A DNA stretch of 64,000 nucleotides from Comamonadaceae bacterium CG_4_9_14_3_um_filter_60_33 (GTDB lineage Bacteria; Pseudomonadota; Gammaproteobacteria; Burkholderiales; Burkholderiaceae_C). The notes beneath the pieces are model-generated. The model saw nothing but the letters and a program-made list of their open reading frames with translations, did not search any database and was not told where the DNA came from. Numbering within the stretch: position 1 is the first letter of the stretch; every line of letters starts with the position of its first letter. Made by a program: the position numbers and the translations under genes. Of the stretch, positions 27,925-35,801 are shown piece by piece. The stretch covers positions 1,850-65,849 of the forward strand of contig PFUD01000032.1 of NCBI GenBank assembly GCA_002789915.1. The letters run 5' to 3'.

Positions 27925-28201
27925 ACAGGCCAGCGCGATGCTGGCCATGGCGCACCGTGATTTGAAAGCGCTTGGCGGCATGGTGTTGCTCAGAAATGCG
28001 GGCGCCGATGTTGATGCGTATTGGTGGCTCGGCGAATTTACGATATTCGCGCACCAAGCCCGTTACGAAGAAGGTCACCAAGCTGCTGACGTACCGCTGG
28101 ATCGCCAGAAGCTGGTTGATGAGATTGGTGCTTTAGTTCGCAAGATTAGTCACAAAATCGAATTGCTTGTCTCCATGCCTACCCAGCAAGTTCGTCCCTA
28201 G
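27911..28201 (+). CDS. HEPN domain protein, apparently shortened
   Basis: 96 aa from ATG 27911 (14-bp overlap with the MNT gene). It has the N-terminal A..DLKAL helix and a C-terminal ...ARYEEG... helix, but lacks the central QQA.EK...H helix. It is shorter than the usual 115-135 aa or so. Confidence 0.55.
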   Translation: MSDIKQASAMLAMAHRDLKALGGMVLLRNAGADVDAYWWLGEFTIFAHQARYEEGHQAADVPLDRQKLVDEIGALVRKISHKIELLVSMPTQQVRP

Positions 28202-28228
28202 CGCGCCTTTGGCAAGGCCGCTAGTTTT

Positions 28229-28837
28229 TCAAGCCGTAAAACTCCGAATCGCCATTTTTGGCCGAAACGCCTTGCACACCGCTTCATCGGCTTCCAGGTA
28301 AGGCCCGCCGATCAGATCGATGCAATAAGGCACCGCGGAAAAGATGCCGGGCACCACGGATTTGCCGTCGGCGTCGCGCAGGCCTTCGAGCGTTTCGGCG
28401 ATGGACTTGGGCTGGCCCGGCAGATTGATGATGAGGCTCTGCTTACGGATCACCGCCACCTGACGCGACAAAATGGCCGTGGGCACAAAATTGAGACTGA
28501 TCTGACGCATTTGCTCGCCAAAACCGGGCATTTCCTTGTGCGCCACCGCCAGCGTGGCCTCTGGCGTGACGTCGCGCAGCGCGGGGCCGGTGCCGCCAGT
28601 GGTGAGCACCAAGGCGCAGCCGGCGTCCACCAGCTCAATCAACGCGGCTTGAATGGCAGCCTGTTCGTCGGGGATCAAACGCGGCTCGAACTGCAGCGGG
28701 TTTTTCAGGGCGCGGCCGAGCCACTCTTGCAACGCGGGCAGGCCCTTGTCGACATAAACACCTGTTGAGGCGCGGTCACTGACCGAGACAACACCGATTT
28801 TGACGGCCGGGTAAGGGTTGGGAGTGGTGGTGTTCAT
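28229..28837 (-). CDS. mog: molybdopterin adenylyltransferase
   Basis: 202 aa. IGVVSVSDRAS...LVLTTGGTGPALRDVTPEAT are MogA/MoaB family motifs. Confidence 0.9.
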   Translation of the reverse strand: MNTTTPNPYPAVKIGVVSVSDRASTGVYVDKGLPALQEWLGRALKNPLQFEPRLIPDEQAAIQAALIELVDAGCALVLTTGGTGPALRDVTPEATLAVAHKEMPGFGEQMRQISLNFVPTAILSRQVAVIRKQSLIINLPGQPKSIAETLEGLRDADGKSVVPGIFSAVPYCIDLIGGPYLEADEAVCKAFRPKMAIRSFTA

Positions 28838-29493
28838 GAGGCTTCTCGGGCGGGGCTGAAGGGCGTGTCTGAATGGTCGTGCGGCGGGATGGCGCCAAGC
28901 TGCTCGCGCACCAGTTGAAATATTTCACGGTAGGCGCGGCCGTGGCGGGGCAGTGCGCCAGGCTTGGACGGCGCGGCGTCCTTGCGCGCTTGGCGAATCA
29001 GCGCGCGCAACGCCTGGCTGTCGCCGCTCGGGTTTTGCGTGATCCATTGGGCTGCGGCGTCGTCGTCGGCAATCAATCGGTCACGCCAGATTTCGGCTTG
29101 GTGAAACATCAGGTTATCAGCCGCCGAGCCATTGGCTTCTTCGTTGATCGCTTTTCTGACGGCTTCGAGCACCTCAGGTTCGAGCTTGCGCATGAGCTTG
29201 CCGATGAACTGCATCTGACGACGCTTGCCTTCGAAGTTGGTGATGCGTTTGGCCTCTGCAATGGCATCGACCAGCTTCTCGGAAAGGTCCAGCCGAGCCA
29301 ACAGGTCAGCGCGAAGCTCCAGCAACTCGGCGCCCAACTTTTGCAGTTCGGTGCTTTCGCGTTTGAGGTCGGTGCGGCTTTGGTCGTCGGTGCCCTTGAG
29401 CTCAGCCTTGAGCTCAAGGTCGCGCTCGCTGCCCTCGGCAACGAATTCACCGCGCACAAAATAGCCTTTTTTGAGTTTTCTTGACATAGACAA
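28834..29493 (-). CDS. yjgA: ribosome-associated protein YjgA (DUF615)
   Basis: 219 aa, highly charged and helical. Divergent from pmbA, as in many proteobacteria. Confidence 0.75.
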   Translation of the reverse strand: MSMSRKLKKGYFVRGEFVAEGSERDLELKAELKGTDDQSRTDLKRESTELQKLGAELLELRADLLARLDLSEKLVDAIAEAKRITNFEGKRRQMQFIGKLMRKLEPEVLEAVRKAINEEANGSAADNLMFHQAEIWRDRLIADDDAAAQWITQNPSGDSQALRALIRQARKDAAPSKPGALPRHGRAYREIFQLVREQLGAIPPHDHSDTPFSPAREAS

Positions 29494-29509
29494 GTATCAT
29501 AGCCGGGCT

Positions 29510-30946
29510 ATGAACCTATCCAACACCTCCAGACGCGCTTGCGCGCCAAGCCGTGCCTCAACCCCCTCAGTCAAAGGCGCCGATGTGCCAGCCAACGGCT
29601 TCAGCTACAGCCGCAGTTTTTTTGAAGGGCTGGTCGATTCGGCCCTGGCCCATGCCAAAAAGCTCGGCGCCACTGATGCCGCCGCCCACGCCTCAGAGGG
29701 CTGCGGCCTGAGCGTCTCAGTTCGCAAGGGCGAGCTGGAAAACGTGGAGCGCAACCGCGACAAGTCGCTCGGCATCACCGTGCACCTGGGCCAGCGCCGC
29801 GGCAACGCCAGCACGTCCGACTTTTCGCAGGCGGCCATTGAGCAGACCGCGCAGGCCGCCTTCGATATTGCCCGCTTTACCGCTGAAGACCCGTTTGCGG
29901 CGCTTCCCGACGAGGCCGACATTGCCCGCTTTGACGAGCAGCGCACCGACCTGGAGTTGTTTTTCCCCTGGAGCATCACCAGCGAGCAGGCGGCGCAGAT
30001 CGCGCTGCAAGCCGAGGCCGCCGCCTTTGCCGTGGACAAGCGCATTAGCAACAGCGAGGGCGCCGGGGTGTCAGCCCAGCAGTCGCACTTTTACAGCGCC
30101 CACACGCATGGCTTTCGCGGCGGTTATGCCAGTTCGCGCCATTCGCTGTCGGTGTCGCCGATTGCCGGTAAGGGCGACAGCATGCAGCGCGACTACTGGT
30201 ACAGCTCGCAGCGCAATGCCGCTGAGATGGCTTCTCCCGAAGCGGTGGGGCGCTACGCCGCCGAGCGTGCTTTGAGCCGTCTGTATGCTCGCAAGATCGC
30301 CACCACTGAATGCCCGGTGCTGTTTGAATCGCCGTTGGCGGCTGGCTTGCTGGGCAGCTTTGTGCAGGCCGTCAGTGGCGGCGCGCTGTACCGCAAGAGC
30401 AGCTTTTTGCTCGATTCTTTGGGTAAACCTGTTTTCCCAAAACACATTGACATTCTGGAAGACCCGTTCGTCAAGCGCGGCAAAGGCAGCTCGCCGTTTG
30501 ACGATGAGGGCGTGCGCGTGCAGGCGCGCAGCGTGGTCGAAGCGGGCAGGGTGCAAGGCTATTTTCTGGGCAGCTATTCGGCGCGCAAACTGGGGCTTAA
30601 AACCACCGGCAACGCGGGCGGCTCGCACAACCTTACTTTCACCTCGCGCCTAACCCGTGCAGGGGATGATCTGGATGCCATGCTTCAGCACTTGGGCAAC
30701 GGCCTGTTTGTCACTGAACTGATGGGCAGCGGCGTTAACTACGTGACTGGTGACTATTCACGCGGCGCCAGCGGGTTCTGGGTGGAAAACGGCCGCATTG
30801 CTTACCCGGTGCACGAGATCACCATTGCCGGCAACATGAAGGCCATGCTCAAGGGCATCGTGGCGGTGGGCGCTGATGCTTACAACCACGGCGCCAAAAC
30901 CATTGGGTCGGTGCTGATCAAGAAAATGACGGTAGCGGGGAGCTGA
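29510..30946 (+). CDS. pmbA: metalloprotease PmbA/TldE
   Basis: 478 aa from ATG 29510. C-terminal GLFVTELMGSGVNYVTGDYSRGASGFWVENGRIAYPV is the PmbA_TldD signature. Confidence 0.9.
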   Translation: MNLSNTSRRACAPSRASTPSVKGADVPANGFSYSRSFFEGLVDSALAHAKKLGATDAAAHASEGCGLSVSVRKGELENVERNRDKSLGITVHLGQRRGNASTSDFSQAAIEQTAQAAFDIARFTAEDPFAALPDEADIARFDEQRTDLELFFPWSITSEQAAQIALQAEAAAFAVDKRISNSEGAGVSAQQSHFYSAHTHGFRGGYASSRHSLSVSPIAGKGDSMQRDYWYSSQRNAAEMASPEAVGRYAAERALSRLYARKIATTECPVLFESPLAAGLLGSFVQAVSGGALYRKSSFLLDSLGKPVFPKHIDILEDPFVKRGKGSSPFDDEGVRVQARSVVEAGRVQGYFLGSYSARKLGLKTTGNAGGSHNLTFTSRLTRAGDDLDAMLQHLGNGLFVTELMGSGVNYVTGDYSRGASGFWVENGRIAYPVHEITIAGNMKAMLKGIVAVGADAYNHGAKTIGSVLIKKMTVAGS

Positions 30947-30955
30947 CCTGAATTT

Positions 30956-31387
30956 TCATCGAACGGGTGTGTGCAGTACCTGCCCCGGACGAATGCAGAT
31001 CACCTCAAGCTTGGGCAGCGCGGGCAGTTGACACCAGGCGCGGTCGGCGCTGTACACCTTGGAGGCTTGCGCCAGACCCAGGGCCAGACAAAGCCGGTCG
31101 GCCAGCGACAAACCCAGCGGGCGGCCCATCACCCACAAGTTGGCTGCCGCTTCCGCGTGCTCTGCCGATACCGGCACGATGCGCAGGCCCGCGCCTTCGA
31201 GCTCGGCGCGCATGCCCTGGGTGTCAACACCATGCTGCTGCGACTTTCGAACAAATTCTGACCAGTTGGCGGCACTGATCAGAGCGCCATCAATCAGTGG
31301 GCGAACCAACTCGCCGCCCGGTTCGCCAAAGGCGCTGGCCAGCAGGCAGGAGGCGTCCAGCACCATGGCAGGTGCAGGTTTACTCAT
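30956..31387 (-). CDS. vapC: PIN domain toxin VapC
   Basis: 143 aa. The N-terminal MVLDASCLLA acidic residue and LSLADRLCLALG are typical of PIN. 8-bp overlap with vapB. Confidence 0.8.
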   Translation of the reverse strand: MSKPAPAMVLDASCLLASAFGEPGGELVRPLIDGALISAANWSEFVRKSQQHGVDTQGMRAELEGAGLRIVPVSAEHAEAAANLWVMGRPLGLSLADRLCLALGLAQASKVYSADRAWCQLPALPKLEVICIRPGQVLHTPVR

Positions 31388-31628
31388 GCGCTGCCTGGCT
31401 ACGCCGCTCGGCGATCAGTTCATCAACGACAGCGATGCCTGGCTGCATTCTGGCCCGGGCAAAGCGGCCATAAAATTGATTGAGCAGTTGCGCTTGAGTT
31501 TCCAGCACCAGCTTGCCGTCTACGACGCTGGCAACCAGTGTGGAGCCGGTTTCAATGCCCAGCATTTTACGGATCATCGCTGGAATAACAACCCGGCCTT
31601 GCGGGCCCACTTCAAGTGTTGTGTTCAT
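31380..31628 (-). CDS. vapB: AbrB/MazE/SpoVT family antitoxin VapB
   Basis: 82 aa. GPQGRVVIPAMIRKMLGIETGSTL is a SpoVT-AbrB swapped-hairpin motif. Confidence 0.8.
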   Translation of the reverse strand: MNTTLEVGPQGRVVIPAMIRKMLGIETGSTLVASVVDGKLVLETQAQLLNQFYGRFARARMQPGIAVVDELIAERRSQAAHE

Positions 31629-31650
31629 GGCTGGTTAAATATAAATGACA

Positions 31651-31666
31651 CATAATATTTATTATG
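31651..31666 (-). promoter_or_regulatory. inverted repeat CATAAT-N4-ATTATG within the candidate vapBC promoter
   Basis: The minus strand reads TTGACT-N17-ATAATA just upstream of vapB. The palindrome CATAATATTTATTATG overlaps the -10 region, as expected for an autorepressed TA operator. Confidence 0.4.
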
Positions 31667-31704
31667 CCACTAATAAATAAATAGTCAAAATTTTCAGAAG
31701 AGAC

Positions 31705-31914
31705 TCAGTGCCCCAGAATCTTCGACAAGAAGTCTTTGCTGCGGTCGCTTTGCGGTTTGTTGAAGAAGTCGTGCGGGTTGTTTTGCTCGACGATCTGGCC
31801 CTGGTCCGTGAAGATCACGCGGTCGGTCACGGTTTTGGCAAAGCCCATTTCGTGCGTCACGCAGAGTATTGTGATGCCTTCATCGGCTATGGCTGTCAAA
31901 ATCCGGGTTAACAA
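31705..31914 (-). pseudogene. 3' remnant of a polar amino acid ABC transporter ATPase (GlnQ/HisP-like)
   Basis: 69 aa covering only the post-D-loop and H-loop region (ITILCVTHEMGFAKTVTDRVIFTDQGQIVEQNNPHDFFNKPQSDRSKDFLSKIL). The Walker A, Q-loop and signature motif are absent. Confidence 0.8.
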
Positions 31915-31932
31915 ATCGATTTCAAGGCTTAG

Positions 31933-32799
31933 ATGTCAAATTTGAAAGTGGAAGTTCTTGGCAAGCCCCTGACGGGTTGGCGCTTGCGGCTCTACACCAT
32001 TATTTTCGAGGCGGATACCCGTGCCGGTCGCCTTTTTGATCAGGCGCTGATTGCGGTCATTCTGGCCAGCGTGGCGGTGGTGATGGCCGACAGCGTGCAG
32101 CACATCAGCAGCCGTTTTCACAGCTGGCTGATGCTGCTCGAGTGGTTTTTTACCCTGGTGTTCACGCTTGAATACGCGGCGCGCCTGAGCTGCGTGCGCC
32201 ATCCCTGGCGCTACGTTTTCAGCTTTTACGGCATCATCGATTTGTTGGCGCTGTTGCCTACTTACCTGGCCTTATTGGTGCCCGAAGTGGCTGTGTTGGT
32301 GGATGTGCGCATCTTGCGGCTGCTGCGCGTGTTTCGGGTGTTTAAGCTCACGGCCTATGTGTCGGAGTACCAGACCATCGGCCAGGCCTTGCGCGCCAGT
32401 AAACGCAAGATCATGGTGTTCCTGGCTGCTGTACTGATGATTGTGCTGGTGATCGGCACGCTGATGTATGTGATTGAAGGCCCCGCCAACGGCTTCACCA
32501 GCATTCCGACGTCGGTATATTGGGCCATCACCACCATGACCACGGTCGGCTTTGGCGACATCACGCCGCAAACAGATGTTGGCCGGTTGATTGCGTCGGC
32601 CATGATGCTGCTCGGTTGGGGCACGTTGGCAGTGCCCACCGGTATTGTCACGGCCGAAATGGCCTATGCGCGGAACGCTCCCACCACCACCCGCACCTGC
32701 CAGGAGTGCCTGACCGAAGGCCACATGCCCGATGCCAATTTTTGTCGCCATTGCGGCGCCCGTTTGCCGGCCTATGCCAACGATTCTGAGGTGCCGTAA
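31933..32799 (+). CDS. voltage-gated-type K+ channel (6TM) with C-terminal zinc ribbon
   Basis: 288 aa. S4-like RILRLLRVFRVFKL, selectivity filter TTVGFGD, and C-terminal CQEC-x11-CRHC. Confidence 0.85.
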   Translation: MSNLKVEVLGKPLTGWRLRLYTIIFEADTRAGRLFDQALIAVILASVAVVMADSVQHISSRFHSWLMLLEWFFTLVFTLEYAARLSCVRHPWRYVFSFYGIIDLLALLPTYLALLVPEVAVLVDVRILRLLRVFRVFKLTAYVSEYQTIGQALRASKRKIMVFLAAVLMIVLVIGTLMYVIEGPANGFTSIPTSVYWAITTMTTVGFGDITPQTDVGRLIASAMMLLGWGTLAVPTGIVTAEMAYARNAPTTTRTCQECLTEGHMPDANFCRHCGARLPAYANDSEVP

Positions 32800-32844
32800 G
32801 GTGCTGCGCTACGATGCGAACCTTCACAAAACAAGGAGACCGGA

Positions 32845-33864
32845 ATGTTTGATGCCGTGATCGCGGGCAGTCTGCCAAAACCCGCCTGGTTGGCCGAAAC
32901 GCAAAAGCTTTGGCCACAGTGGAAAGCCACTGGCGACGAACTGCTGCAGGCCAAAACGGATGCAACGTTGCTGTGGATCAAGCTGCAAGAAGACGCGGGC
33001 CTGGACATCATTGGCGACGGCGAGCAGGCGCGCCAGCACTTTGTGCACGGTTTTCTGGAACAGGTGGAAGGCATCGACTTCGAGCACAAGGTGACGATGG
33101 GCATCCGCGATGGCCGCTACGACGCGCAGGTGCCGCAGGTGGTGGCGCCGCTGAAGCTCAAAGGCCGCGTGCACGCGCTGGAGGCCCAACTGCTGCGCGC
33201 CCACACCAAAAAGAAAATCAAGTTCACGCTGCCTGGCCCGATGACGATTGTCGATACCGTAGCCGACCGCTTTTACGGCAGCAAGGAAGACATGGCGATG
33301 GCGTTTGCCGATTTGCTGAATCAGGAAGCACTGGCGCTGCAGGCCGACGGCGTGGACATCATCCAGTTTGACGAACCGGCCTTCAACGTCTACCTGAAGG
33401 ACGCTGCAACTTGGGGCGTGCAAGCGCTGGAGCGCGCCGCCAAGGGGCTCACCTGCACCACCGCTGTGCACATCTGTTACGGCTATGGCATCAAGGCCAA
33501 TCTGGACTGGAAGGAAACGCTGGGTCAGGAGTGGCGACAGTACGAGGCCATCTTTCCGGCCATTGCGGCCAGCAGCATCAACCAGGTAAGCCTGGAGTGT
33601 TACCACTCGCATGTGCCGCCGCACCTGATGGCCTTGCTGGCCGGCAAAGACGTGATGGTGGGCGTGATCGACGTCGCCAGCGACGTGGTCGAAACCCCTG
33701 AGCAGGTGGCTGACACCATCGGCCAGGCACTGCAATACGTGCCTGAGCACCGCCTGATTCCCTGCACCAACTGCGGCATGGCGCCGATGAACCGCGACAT
33801 CGCGCTAGCCAAGCTCAAGGCGCTCGCCGAAGGTGCAGCCCTGGCGCGCCAACGATTGGGCTGA
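32845..33864 (+). CDS. cobalamin-independent methionine synthase family protein (MetE C-terminal-domain-like)
   Basis: 339 aa. SLPKPAWL...DIIGDGEQARQHFVHGF...HICYGY...PCTNCGM matches the short MetE-like (methionine synthase II) family with Zn ligands. Confidence 0.75.
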   Translation: MFDAVIAGSLPKPAWLAETQKLWPQWKATGDELLQAKTDATLLWIKLQEDAGLDIIGDGEQARQHFVHGFLEQVEGIDFEHKVTMGIRDGRYDAQVPQVVAPLKLKGRVHALEAQLLRAHTKKKIKFTLPGPMTIVDTVADRFYGSKEDMAMAFADLLNQEALALQADGVDIIQFDEPAFNVYLKDAATWGVQALERAAKGLTCTTAVHICYGYGIKANLDWKETLGQEWRQYEAIFPAIAASSINQVSLECYHSHVPPHLMALLAGKDVMVGVIDVASDVVETPEQVADTIGQALQYVPEHRLIPCTNCGMAPMNRDIALAKLKALAEGAALARQRLG

Positions 33865-33868
33865 ACAG

Positions 33869-35059
33869 ATGCCACTGAATTCTGTTGCCCCCGAAAAAGT
33901 GGGCCTGTGCCCGCAACGCCTGCAAAAACTGATGGACGTTTTGCAGGCCGAAGTGGCCAAAAAACGCCTGCCTGGCGCCGTGGCGGTAGTGGCGCGGCAT
34001 GGCCAGGTGGCCCTGTTCGACAGCGTGGGCCAACTCAACCCGGCCACCGGTGTGGCCATGACACACAACGCCCGCTTTCGCATTTATTCCATGACCAAGC
34101 CGATTGTGTCGGTGGCGGCAATGATGCTGATGGAGGAGGGCAAACTGTTGCTCAACGATCCGGTGGCGAAATTCCTGCCGGAATTCGCGGCGCAGCAGGT
34201 GGCCACCCAGGTCGATGGCACGGTGCAACTTCAGCCAGTGGGCAAAGCCGCATCGCTGCATGATCTGCTGCGCCACACCGCCGGAATGACCTACGAGTTT
34301 TTGGGCAGCACGCCGGTGCAGCGCCAGTACACCCAGTTGCGCATTGGCTCGCGCGAGCGCAGTCTGACCGATTTCACGCAGCAACTGGCCAGCTTGCCGC
34401 TGATCTTTGAGCCCGGCAGCGCGTTTGAATACAGCCGCGCCACCGACGTGCTGGGGCGCGTGGTTGAGGTGGTGTCGGGCCAGACGTTGCAAACTTTTTT
34501 GCATGAGCGCATCTTCGAGCCACTGGCTATGCCCGACACAGCGTTTCACGTGCAGGATCAGCACCACGAACTGATTGCCGAGCCCTTCGCGCGGGACCCC
34601 GATGGCGGCGTGCAGATGCGCGTGATCGATGTGCGTACCGATGCGGCGTTGGCCTCTGGCGGGGGCGGGCTCACGTCCACTGCCATGGACTACGCCCGCT
34701 TTTTGCAATTCATGCTCAACCGTGGCGAACTCTCTGGTATGCGCCTGCTGGGGCCGCGCACCGTTGATTTCATGACCACCGATCACCTTGGCGACATCCC
34801 GGTTTTCAGCGCCGGCTCGCGTTCTCTGTTGCCCACCGGGCACGGCTTTGGCCTGGGCTTTGCGGTGCGCAGACACCTGGGTGCTGCGCCAGTGCCGGGT
34901 TCAGTGGGCACCTACTTTTGGGGCGGCTTGGCAGGCACCACGTTCTTTGTCGATCCTGCGCTGGACCTGTTTGGCATCTTGATGCTGCAAGCGCCGAACC
35001 AGCGTGAGTACTACCGCATGCTGTTCCGGGACATGGTGTATGCGGCGCTGCAAGATTGA
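33869..35059 (+). CDS. serine hydrolase (class C beta-lactamase/esterase family)
   Basis: 396 aa from ATG 33869. Nucleophile motif YSMTKP (SxxK), then YSRATDVLG and HGFGLGF. Confidence 0.8.
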   Translation: MPLNSVAPEKVGLCPQRLQKLMDVLQAEVAKKRLPGAVAVVARHGQVALFDSVGQLNPATGVAMTHNARFRIYSMTKPIVSVAAMMLMEEGKLLLNDPVAKFLPEFAAQQVATQVDGTVQLQPVGKAASLHDLLRHTAGMTYEFLGSTPVQRQYTQLRIGSRERSLTDFTQQLASLPLIFEPGSAFEYSRATDVLGRVVEVVSGQTLQTFLHERIFEPLAMPDTAFHVQDQHHELIAEPFARDPDGGVQMRVIDVRTDAALASGGGGLTSTAMDYARFLQFMLNRGELSGMRLLGPRTVDFMTTDHLGDIPVFSAGSRSLLPTGHGFGLGFAVRRHLGAAPVPGSVGTYFWGGLAGTTFFVDPALDLFGILMLQAPNQREYYRMLFRDMVYAALQD

Positions 35060-35107
35060 GTCCGTATATTTTGTAATGTGAAATAGCGTTCCTTATCGCA
35101 AAAGAGT

Positions 35108-35121
35108 TTGATCCAAATCAA
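35108..35121 (+). promoter_or_regulatory. perfect FNR/CRP-family box TTGAT-N4-ATCAA
   Basis: TTGATCCAAATCAA. ATCATT (35144-35149) lies 22 bp downstream, the spacing of a class II (-41.5) FNR promoter. The box begins 109 bp upstream of the oxidoreductase start codon (35217). Confidence 0.55.
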
Positions 35122-35216
35122 ATTTCTAAAATGTCGTCGTATCATCATTCCCCCTGTTGAAGAAAAGGCCGCAGACACTTCGCCTGCAGGACCTGCCAAC
35201 AATTTGAGGAGACAAC

Positions 35217-35801
35217 ATGTTTCAGGTTCGCATTCACGGACGCGGCGGCCAAGGGGTCGTCACGGGTGCAGAGATGATGTCCATCGCTGCGTTTCAGGGA
35301 GGCCGCCACGCGCAGGCTTTTCCCAGTTTTGGCTCAGAGCGCACCGGTGCCCCGGTGGTGGCTTTTTGCCGCATGGACGATCACGAGATCCGTCTGCGTG
35401 AGCCCATCATGGAGCCTGATGCCATCATCATCCAGGACCCCACCTTGCTGCACCAGGTCGATGTGTTCAGCGGTCTTAAAAAAGACGGCTACATACTGAT
35501 CAACACCACGCGCACTTTCGAGGAACTGGGTATCGGTGAATTCGTCAAGGGATTCCAGCCTAACCACTTGCTGACCGTGTCCGCCTCCGAGCTGGCCCAA
35601 AAGCATGTTGGCCGTGCGGTTCCCAATGTGCCCTTGCTTGGTGCTTTTGCGGCGCTGTGCAAATTGATTTCGCTTGAAGCGGTGCAAAGCGCCATCGACG
35701 AAAAATTCAAGGGCGCTGTCGCGCAAGGCAACAAGGCCGCTGCCGCCGAAGCCTACAACACCGTGATGAACCAGGCCGCCAAGGAGACACAACATGCTTG
35801 A
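35217..35801 (+). CDS. 2-oxoacid:ferredoxin oxidoreductase, gamma subunit
   Basis: 194 aa. MFQVRIHGRGGQGVVTGAEMMSIAAF is the POR gamma signature. Confidence 0.85.
   Translation: MFQVRIHGRGGQGVVTGAEMMSIAAFQGGRHAQAFPSFGSERTGAPVVAFCRMDDHEIRLREPIMEPDAIIIQDPTLLHQVDVFSGLKKDGYILINTTRTFEELGIGEFVKGFQPNHLLTVSASELAQKHVGRAVPNVPLLGAFAALCKLISLEAVQSAIDEKFKGAVAQGNKAAAAEAYNTVMNQAAKETQHA

Noticed and set aside
26360-32800. Search for integrase, transposase, tRNA or att sites that would define the TA, methyltransferase and channel patches as a mobile island
   Set aside because: None was found in any frame. The patches are separated by core genes (mog, yjgA, pmbA), so I do not call a mobile element.
32824-34876. 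308-aa and 353-aa ORFs antisense to the MetE-like and serine hydrolase genes
   Set aside because: Shadow ORFs. The sense-strand genes carry diagnostic motifs (Zn ligands, SxxK).
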